NCBI RefSeq assembly: GCF_964213995.1
Contig: NW_027590119.1
Coordinates: 2,790,001-2,854,000, forward strand
Source: Mustelus asterias
Taxonomy: Eukaryota
Length of the DNA: 64,000 nt
Direction: 5' to 3'
The notes beneath the pieces were generated by a model that did no database searches, was not told the DNA's origin, and saw nothing but the letters and a program-made list of their open reading frames with translations. Shown here piece after piece: positions 48,770 through 58,082 of this stretch; positions within the stretch are counted from its first letter, which is position 1; each line of letters begins with the position of its first letter. The position numbers were made by a program, and so were the translations under genes.

Positions 48770-49250
48770 GAGTAACAACAAAATATATTTATATAGCGCC
48801 TTTAAGTAATAAAACATCCAAGGAGCATTGTAAAATAAAGTATGACATTGAGCCACAAAGAAGATACTAGGTTAGATGACCAAAGGTTTGGTCAAAGTGG
48901 TAGATTTTAAGGGGTGTGTTAAAGGAGTAAAGCGAGGTGGAGAGTTGGAGACGTGTAGGGATGGTATTCCAGAGGTTGGAGCCTAAGCAACTGAAGGTAG
49001 AGCTTGCAATGGTGAAGCAAGGGCAGGGACAAACTAAAGACCAGAATTAGAGCAGTGTAATATATTGAGGGTTGTGGGGCTGATAGGAGATTATAGATAT
49101 TGGGACAGGCAAGGTCATGGAGTGATTTGAAACCAAGGATGAGAATTTTAATATTAAGTTGTTGCTTTACTGGGTGGATCATTGTGCACGAGGGTGATAG
49201 TGGAATAACACTTAATGTGAGTTTAAACATGGCCAGCAGAGTTTTAGATG
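48770..49250 (-). mobile_element. L2-like LINE 3' fragment
   Basis: PVKQQLNIKILILGFKSLHDLA resembles the L2 ORF2 C-terminus; (ttg)-like tail. Confidence 0.65.
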
Positions 49251-50377
49251 AACCCTGCAATGACCCTTGCAGTGATGACTGACCTCCAACAACCACAGCC
49301 ATCCTCGCCTGTACCTGGTATATCCCCAACCGGCGGAGAGTTCCCCCCCGAATCCCACCGATTCCAACCCTGTGTAGGTCCCTTTCTGCCACACTCAGTT
49401 AAATGATGTCTTGATGGATTTTCTTTGTTCTTTTTTGTTTTGTTTTTTTTGTTTAAAGAAAACAAAATTTTCTTTGCTCTTTGTTCTGTTTGGAACATCC
49501 CAAATGCCCATCCAATTTCCTTTGTAATTGTTTATTGTCTCCACTTCCTCCACCCTCGTAGGCAGCGAGTTTCAGGTCATTACCATTCGCTGCATCAGAA
49601 TATTCTTCCTCACATCTCCCCTCCCCTTGCATCTCTGACCCAAAACAAGAAATCTGTGTCCCCCTCATCCTTGTCCCATCAGCTAATGGGAACAGCTTTT
49701 CTTTGTCCACCTTATCTAAACCTGTCAGAATCTTGTCCACCTCTATCAAATCTCCCCTCAACCTCCTTTGCTCCAAGGAGAACAACCCAGCCAGACATTG
49801 ACAATAAAGAACAAACGAACAGAATATGTTCCTGTCTGAAATCAAATGGGAATGTTTAATTTCTGTTTTAAAGATATTGTGAATATATTTTCCTGGACAA
49901 TAAAGGAATCAGCTACAACAGAGCAAGAAGAAGACAGTTTCAATGTGGAATTGACTGGAATATTCTCTCTGGATTTAAACAATGGAGAAACTACAAACAT
50001 GAAAGAAAATAAATTTCAAAACGTGAACTCTGAACAGACTGTTTTCAAAATATAACTTGAAAATTCACAAATGAACAGCAATGAAGACTCTCTTTTGCAG
50101 GAGGACCTTTGGATTATAATTATTGGAAGAAGAAAAGTTTCAGAAAACACTGCAAGCAGTAATTTCCATCTTCAGTGGACTGAGATTCCTGGACATGGAA
50201 CCCAGCAGTGTGCTGTTACCAAGCTGGACTTGTGACTGTGAAGTGGACAATGGAGGGATTATTATGTCTATTGCAGGTTATAAGATAGATCAACATCGGA
50301 AAACAGTGGACTTAGGAACAGGAGTCGGCCATTTGGCCCTTCGAGCCTGCTCCACCATTCAATAAGATCATGGCTGT

Positions 50378-50651
50378 TGTTAAGATATACATGATGTGGA
50401 GATGCCGGCGTTGGACTGGGGTAAACACAGTAAGAAGTTTAACAACACCAGGTTAAAGTCCAACAGGTTTATTTGGTAGCAAAAGCCACACAAGCTTTCG
50501 AGGCTCTGAGCCCCTTCTTCAGGTGAAGAAGGGGCTCAGAGCCTGAAGAAGGGGCTCAGAGCCTCGAAAGCTTGTGTGGCTTTTGCTACCAAATAAACCT
50601 GTTGGACTTTAACCTGGTGTTGTTAAACTTCTTACTGTGTTAAGATATACA
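50378..50651. mobile_element. Near-perfect hairpin PLE insertion with 14-bp TSD
   Basis: TSD tgttaagatataca; arms ~50425-50520 / 50543-50640; hammerhead motif 50489-50525 (-). Confidence 0.85.
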
Positions 50652-52089
50652 GCATGTTGTATATTGTAATATTCTAAATGGGATATTATGAAGTTGATAC
50701 ATTTCCATTTCTTCCTGTTTTTGTTCCAAAAATCTAATTTCATAATTCCTATGTTTTAGAAATAAGAATTAGTTGCAAGAATTGCTTTTAAAAAATGGAA
50801 AACCTGGATTGAGAATCTGATGAAAACACCCTCAGGGAATTCGCAGTCACAAAGCATGGCCCATGTTGGTTTAAGAAGTCAAAACTCGAGAGGTAAGAAC
50901 TGTAAAAGGTCAGCTGGATCTTTTAGCTGGAGACATTGGGTCTGACAATTATTGTACTGTTTTTGTTCGGTGAATTCTTCATGCTGACCTCAGGAAAAAA
51001 GGTCCAATTTTGAAGCTGAACATCTGTTAGATATTCAATCGTCTCTGTTACCATGGGGATATGTGATTCAGGGTGGAGCCTTGGTTAGAATTAGACCATA
51101 AGATATAGGAGCAGAATTAGGCTATTCGGCCCATCGAATCTGCTGTGCCATTCAATCATGGCTGATAAATCTCAATCCCATTCTCCTGCCTTTTCCCCGT
51201 AACCTTTTGAGTCCTTTCCAATCAATGACCTGGTTCCAGCGGACAGTCTGCAGTTAGCTTGGAAGCCACCAATTGTGGGATCAGGAGCTGTGAACCATCT
51301 GTGGGACTAGAAGCCTAGAGGACCATTAGAAACCAGGGGTGTTTCCAACATTTAAATCCCTCAGCAAGAATGCAGTGAAGCCCATGTTTGGACTGAGGAG
51401 TCCACAGTTTGAGAGCTTAAAGGAAAATTGGAGGCTTGTTTAGTGAAAAGATAATGGATGGACTCCCATAAACTCTTGGAGCTTGGAGAATATCTGGAGT
51501 ACTGGGGAGAATTAAAGTGAATTGTGGAGAGCTTTAGCATACCTTTGGGATGGTCCTAGGAACAGAAGTGAATGAAACCTCAAGATATCATTAAGTATAA
51601 AGAAACTCTTGGGGTGAGGTAAAAAAATAGAACTAGGTTTATATCATAAATCTTTGAGTGTAGTATTCAATTTGTAGTGTTGTCTTTTTAAATTTTATTT
51701 AAACATACAGTAAAGTTTGTTTTTGTTTAAAAATGTGGAATCTTGTGATGTAATTCTTTCAGTTAATCACTGGGTGTTCGAATTTCTCTGCAAACGTTAA
51801 CAGTCCTGACCGGGATCGCAAAAATTCACACAAACAGTGTTTCAAAACAAATCGAAGAAAAAGATGGTTTTTCTTCTTCAACACAAACGTTACACATGAA
51901 GAAACCCTCTTCTGGTATCTCCAATAATTTGTTGCTTCGAGCAATTCTTTTCATGGAACAATCAGATAATTGATGACTGAAAATGGAACTAATTGTATCC
52001 CTTTAAAGCAGGAGGGCGATCGCCCGGCACAGAGGGGAATCAGGGATTTCTCCCATAGACCAATTGACAGGGATTCTACCCTCCAACCA

Positions 52090-52633
52090 CCTGAAGTGAA
52101 TTCTTGACATGAATCATCCGTGCCAGTGCAGTTATCAACTTGCAGTTTGGCTGATCAGAAAATGCTTTGTTGCTGATTTTCCTTGTGTTAGGAAGTGACA
52201 ATGCCAAGGCCAGATCTTGTTTCCTCCTTGATCGGGATGTAACCCGTGTCCACATCGCCACTTCATTCTTCCACTGGTTGTATGGTTCAGACTCCGAGAG
52301 CATCAGCAGGTAATCAGACCCTGACAATTCCCACTGCCTTTCACTCATTTCTCACAAAAGCTGCTGGGATTGTAAACTTCTGTCTGAAATATACTTTCTT
52401 TTAGTTTCCAACCTTCACCATTAGACAAGCATTTTCTGTTACCATGTTATAATCCTGACAGCCTTGGGGTGGAGTCAATCTTTACTTGGTCTAGATTTGT
52501 TCACAGAATCAAACATTACAGGTTCAACTCTGACTCCAAGTTATATTAGTGAGTCCCACTTTTTACCTGCTCATAACTATCTAATCAGTGCCCTCCATCT
52601 GAATAAACTTAACCTCTATTGATATAATTAACA
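52090..52633 (-). mobile_element. LTR retrotransposon 5' remnant (LTR 52445-52633, PBS-like, gag N-terminus)
   Basis: TGTTA...TAACA followed by TGGTAACAGA; PYNQWKNEVAMWTRVT..KQDLALALSLP gag-like peptide. Confidence 0.6.
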
Positions 52634-53600
52634 GCCACAGTCAGAGCATCTGAAAGGTCACTAATGGTTGTGACTGCCATGGTGTCTCAGCAGCTTGGGT
52701 GAACAAGTGAATCCTTTCCCACACACTGAGCAGGTGAATGGTCTCAGTTTGGAAACTGAGGGAAAATAAAATTTCAGGCAGAAGCTTCCAATCTGGTAGG
52801 TTTTATGAGAAATCGCTGAAAGTGAGTGGGAATTATCAGGGTCTCTCCCCAGTGTGAATTCCCTGATGTTTCAGTAGGTCAGATGATGTTCTAACCCTCT
52901 TTGCACAGTGAGAGCGCCTGAACGGGGTCTCCTCAGTGTGAATGCGCTGGTCGACCCTCAGGTAGGCTAAGGTTTTAAAGCAGCTCCCACAGTCAGAGCA
53001 TTGAACAGGTTTCTTATTGGGGGAGGTGCCTCAGTATTCCAGCAGACTGGATGATTGACTGAGTCACTTCCCACACACACATCAGATGAATGGCCTTTCC
53101 CCAGTGTGTAATCCTTTGTGTCTCAGCAGACTAGATAATTGAGTGAATCCCTTCCCACACTCGGAGCAGATGAATGGCCTCAGCCCAGTGTGAATGCGTT
53201 GGTGTGTCAGCGGGAGGGATGAGTGAGTGAATCCCTTCCCACGCTCTGAGCAGGGGGACAGTCCCTCACCCATGTGAAATCGCTGGTGGTTCTGCAGGGT
53301 AGATGACTGAGTGAATCCCTTTCCACACACACAACAGGTGAATGGTCTCTCCCCATTGTGAACCCGCTGGTGTGTCAGCAGGGCAGACGAATCGCTGAAT
53401 TTCTTCCCACACTCAGAGCAGGTGAATGGCCTCTCCCTGATGTGAAGTCGCTGGTGATTCCTCAGGGTGGATGAATCACGAAATCCCCTTCCAAACTCAG
53501 AGCAGGTGAACGGTATCTCCACAGTGAGGCTGCATCGAAGGGTTTCCAGCTTCGAGGGACAATTGAATCCCTTCCCACAGTCCCTACATTTCCATGGTCT
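52634..53600 (-). pseudogene. G8: decayed C2H2 ZNF gene
   Basis: Finger repeats with lost Cys, stops, frameshift and insertion; MEK start deleted; exon-2 ATG is ACG. Confidence 0.8.
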
Positions 53601-53971
53601 GAGTGTGTTTGTACATCTCCAGGTTCAGATGAAGGTTTGACCCCACAGATAACACGTACATGGTCTCTCTCCTCACTGTGAATCCTTCAATCTTTTCCAG
53701 GCTGTGTAACTGGTTAAAGCTCTTTCCACAGTCAGTTCACTGGAATACTCTCACTCGAGTGTCTGTGTCTCAGTGATTTTCCAGTCACACTGATGTTTAA
53801 ACAGTTTGAAGGGACAGACAAACATTTTCCATTCTAGTTTCAAATGCCGATGGTATTCAGATCCTGAATAATTGGGTGACTCTGTCAGATCCTAACGTCA
53901 TGTTTGTTGAGATTTGTGTCTGTAAATTCTCCCCTTCTAATAGCCTGTGAAGGAAATTCACAAGAATCATT

Positions 53972-54397
53972 GCTGTCATATGGAATTCATATGGTGTTCG
54001 TGGAAGTGGAAATAACTAGGGTTGGGAAGCATTTTCCGATCGGGGCCATTGTGATCTCCTGGACTCGTTTCGATCGCCTCAGGGGGTCGGAGAGGAATTT
54101 CCCAGATTTTTTTTTCCCCATATTGGCCCTGGGGTTTTTCACTCTGGGTTTTCGCCTCTCCCTGGAGATCACATGGTCTGGAATGGGGGGGTGGGGGTAA
54201 GTTAATAGGTTGTAATGAACAAAGCATCATAGCTGTGAGGGACAGCTCGGTGGATAGGATATTGGTATGTAGATAGGCTGGAAAATTGGGCGGGGATCCT
54301 GGATTCAGGATTCAATCCTGGACCGGGGAGCGGCGCGGGCTTGGAGGGCCGAAGGGCCTGTTCCTGTGCTGTATTGTTCTTTGTTCTTTGTTCTTTG
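53972..54397 (+). mobile_element. CR1-type 3' tail inserted in the G8 intron
   Basis: gagggccgaagggcctgttcctgtgctgt followed by (ttctttg)3. Confidence 0.7.
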
Positions 54398-55045
54398 TCA
54401 GTACAGGATAAAAACTCAGAACAGACAATTCTAGTTTCTGTGGAACATTCTTTCCTCTCATTCTTGAAAATTTGTAAATCTCCATCCCAAACACTCTCCC
54501 TCCATTCTCACCTTTGTCTATTTGAGGTCTAACATTTTCCTGAGGGTGCTGATTCATCCTAATCGACAGATCCGTGCCGACTGTTTCCTGTACAGGACAC
54601 ATATTCCTGAAATCTTCACACAGGCTTGTGTCTAAGCATATAAAACATTTGCATATTTAGTGAACTAAAAATGTATGCAATATTCAGCACTCTATTACAT
54701 GATTAGAGATACAGATGGGTGCGGAAGAACTTGACTTAGGGAGCAAACAATCATGTTCTGGAACTCACTGATGATGAGAGTGGTGGAAGTGGAGACGACC
54801 AGTGATTTCAAAATAAAATTGGTCGGGCACTTGAAGGAATGAAACGTGCTGGGGAACAGGGATATCGAGGACAAATGGCACCGAGTGGATTCCCCGACAG
54901 AGACTGGGCACGGAGTCAAGCTGCTGAATTGATTTATCTTGTGCTCTGCTGACTCTTTGACTGGAAAATATACAGAGTAGTTACAATACTATTCTGGAAT
55001 TAAACAACATCAACTGTAATACAAATCCATAAATAATATACCCAT

Positions 55046-55272
55046 TATGCACCATATAGTAAGAAGTCTCACAACACCAGGTTAAAGTCCAACAGGTTTA
55101 TTTGGAATCACAAGCTTTCAGAGCGCTGCCCCTTCATCAGGTGAGAAGGAGCAGCGCTCTGAAAGCTCGTGATTCCAAATAAACCCGTTGGACTTTAACC
55201 AGGTGTTGTGAGACTTCTTACTGTGCCCACCCCAGTCCAACACCGGCATCTCCACATCATATGCACCATATA
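55046..55272. mobile_element. Hairpin PLE insertion with 13-bp TSD
   Basis: TSD tatgcaccatata; inverted arms; hammerhead ucac CUGAUGA..GAAA gcuu guga at 55108-55144 (-). Confidence 0.85.
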
Positions 55273-55624
55273 ACAACACCAGACATATCAATGTTGTTAC
55301 GATCCTCATGGTCACCTTATAATCAGCAAATTCCCACAAATCCCAATAGAATAAACTAAAAGACAATGTTTCATTTTTAAAAATTTTACATTAAAAATTA
55401 ATCTAAAATTAACATCACTGAATCATGCATTAAGAAACAGTATTTGAATAGACAGGATAAATTACACTTTAAAAAGCTAAGACAATAAAAACAGGTTCCA
55501 CAAAATCACAAACATTTCCCCCTCAGTATATTTGTCTCTAATTCCAGTTCCAGAGAATTTCTCTGTCTCTGTATTTCCCAGGGGGAGAAATAAAGTGTTT
55601 TCCTCACAGATGTTGTCCAGAGGA

Positions 55625-56384
55625 TGAAGTTTGAGTCTGTGTGTGAAGTTTGAGTCTGTGTGTGAAGTTTGAGTCTGTGTGTGAAGTTTGAGTCTGTGGT
55701 GAAGTTTGAGTCTGTGTGTGAAGTTTGAGTCTGTGTGGTGAAGTTTGAGTCTGTGGTGAAGTTTGAGTCTGTGTGTGAAGTTTGAGTCTGTGGTGAAGTT
55801 TGAGTCTGTGGTGAAGTTTGAGTCTGTGGTGAAGTTTGAGCCTGTGTGTGAAGTTTGAGTCTGTGTGTGAAGTTTGAGTCTGTGGTGAAGTTTGAGTCTG
55901 TGGTGAAGTTTGAGTCTGTGGTGAAGTTTGAGTCTGTGGTGAAGTTTGAGTCTGTGTGTGAAGTTTGAGTCTGTGGTGAAGTTTGAGTCTGTGTGTGAAG
56001 TTTGAGTCTGTGTGTGAAGTTTGAGTCTGTGTGAATTTTGAGTGTGTGTGAAGTTTGAGTCTGTGGTGAAGTTTGAGTCTGTGGTGAAGTTTGAGTCTGT
56101 GGTGAAGTTTGAGTCTGTGGTGAAGTTTGAGTCTGTGGTGGTGAAGTTTGAGTCTGTGGTGAAGTTTGAGTCTGTGGTGAAGTTTGAGTCTGTGTGAAGT
56201 TTGAGTCTGTGGTGAAGTTTGAGTCTGTGGTGAAGTTTGAGTCTGTGGTGAAGTTTGAGTCTGTGGTGAAGTTTGAGTCTGTGTGTGAAGTTTGAGTCTG
56301 TGTGTGAAGTTTGAGTCTGTGTGTGAAGTTGGAGTCTGTGTGTGAAGTTTGAGTCTGTGTGTGAAGTTTGAGTCTGTGGTGAAG
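55625..56384. repeat. Minisatellite, mostly 18/19-bp units GAAGTTTGAGTCTGTG(G/TG)T, about 40 copies
   Basis: Directly visible tandem array. Confidence 0.95.
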
Positions 56385-56399
56385 CTACAAACAGAAGCT

Positions 56400-56835
56400 G
56401 TTCTGTTTCAAATCAAACTGCGGGACTGGGAAGAAAATGATGGGAAGAGATTTTGCAAAGTCCCCTCCCCCACTCCCTCAGCTGGCAGCCCAGCACGCAG
56501 GCGCAGAAAGCGCTGCTGAGCCGAGCTGTCGGGTGCGGCTGCCGCCAGCGGTCGCTCTCGATCTCTTTTTGGAGCCGCAGCCGCCGGAGAGAGAGGGGGG
56601 AGGGGGAGATCACCGCGCGGCTTCTCGCTCTGGCCGGAGCCGTCAGCCGGTTGCCTGGAGGAGGTGTAGGGGGGGAGGGGAACAATGGGTGGGGGCGGGG
56701 CTCCCGGGTCCGCGAACCGGGCCTGCGCCATGGAACCCCGACACGTCACTGCGGTGTCGAGTAATTCCTATTGGCTGATTGAGGCAGCGCTCCATTGTGA
56801 CGTCTCAATGCGGAAGTTGGCCACTGAGCTTCAGA
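56400..56835. promoter_or_regulatory. CpG island / bidirectional promoter of G8/G9
   Basis: High CpG; 56600-56712 homologous to 13722-13846; ATTGG, TGACGT (CRE-like), GCGGAAGT. Confidence 0.65.
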
Positions 56836-56935
56836 TTAAAGCTTCCACTTCGATTTGAAAAGACTTCGGCCATCAGTGAGTGGAAAAGCAGCAACACACT
56901 GCCACACCCGAGTGAGAGTGTTCCAGTGCACTGAC

Positions 56936-57054
56936 TAAAGAGCTTTACTAAGAAGTTTAACAACACCAGGTTAAAGTCCAACAGGTTTATTTGGTAGCAA
57001 AAGCCACTGTGTTTACCCCAGTCCAACGCCGGCATCTCCACATAAAGAGCTTTA
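56936..57054. mobile_element. Minimal PLE-derived insertion with 12-bp TSD in the G9 leader
   Basis: TSD taaagagcttta 56936-56947 / 57043-57054. Confidence 0.8.
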
Positions 57055-57179
57055 ACCAGTTACACAGCCTGAATAAATATCACATCATTCACAGCGGGGA
57101 GAGACTCTACCCGTGTTCTGTGTGTGGACAAGGCTTCAACTTATTGGCCACCCAAGGGAGAGGCAAGGACACCTGCACC

Positions 57180-58082
57180 ATGGAGAAACCATGGAAATGT
57201 GCAGACTGTGGAAAGAGATACAGAGCCCCCTCTCTGCTGGATGCTCATCGGCGCAGCCACACTGGGGAGAGGCCATTCATCTGCTCTCAGTGTGGGGAGG
57301 GATTCGCTCTGTTGCCCAGCCTGCAGTCACACAAGCGAGTTCACACCGGAGAGAGACCGTTCACCTGCTCTCAGTGTGGAAAGGGATTCACTGTGTTATC
57401 CACTTTGCAGAGACACCAGCGAATTCACACTGGGGAGAGGCTGTTTATCTGCTCTCGGTGTGGGAAGGGGTTCAGTCAGTTTTCCAACCTGCAGACACAC
57501 CAGCGAGTTCACACCGGGGAGAGGCCATTCATCTGCTCTCATTGTGGGAAGAGATTCACTCGGTCATCCGACCTGCGGACACATCAGCACATTCACACCG
57601 GGGAGAGGCCATTCACCTGCTCTCATTGTGGGAAGGGATTTACTCGTTCATCCGACCTGCGGACACACCAGCGAGTTCACACTGGGGAGAGGCCATTCAC
57701 CTGCTCTCAGTGTGGGAAGGGATTCACTCGGTCATCCGTCCTGCGGAGACACCAGCGAGTTCACACTGGGGAGAGACCATTTACCTGCTCTCAGTGTGGG
57801 AAGGGTTTCAGTCAGTTATCCACCCAGCAGAAACACCAGCACATTCACACTGGAGAGAGGCCGTTCACCTGCTCTCAGTGTGGGAAGAGATTCACTCAGT
57901 CATCCCACCTGCGGAGACACCAGCAAGTTCACACAGGGGAGAGGCCATTTACCTGCTCTCAGTGTGGGAAGGGTTTCAGTCAGTTATCCAACCTGCAGAG
58001 ACACCAGCGAATTCACATGGGGAGAGACCATTCACCTGCTCTCAGTGTGGGACGGAATTCACTCAGTTACCCCACCTGTTGA
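57180..58082 (+). CDS. G9: C2H2 zinc-finger protein, 10 fingers then a frameshift at ~58017 (two decayed fingers follow)
   Basis: accATGg at 57180; cacatggggagag instead of cacactggggagag; remnant [11 protein letters not shown] at ~58150. Confidence 0.8.
   Translation: MEKPWKCADCGKRYRAPSLLDAHRRSHTGERPFICSQCGEGFALLPSLQSHKRVHTGERPFTCSQCGKGFTVLSTLQRHQRIHTGERLFICSRCGKGFSQFSNLQTHQRVHTGERPFICSHCGKRFTRSSDLRTHQHIHTGERPFTCSHCGKGFTRSSDLRTHQRVHTGERPFTCSQCGKGFTRSSVLRRHQRVHTGERPFTCSQCGKGFSQLSTQQKHQHIHTGERPFTCSQCGKRFTQSSHLRRHQQVHTGERPFTCSQCGKGFSQLSNLQRHQRIHMGRDHSPALSVGRNSLSYPTC

Noticed and set aside
55625-56384. CRISPR-like array
   Set aside because: No unique spacers; eukaryotic minisatellite
56991-57179. 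N-terminal extension of G9 in the ORF track
   Set aside because: Starts at a TTG inside a PLE insertion; not a credible eukaryotic start
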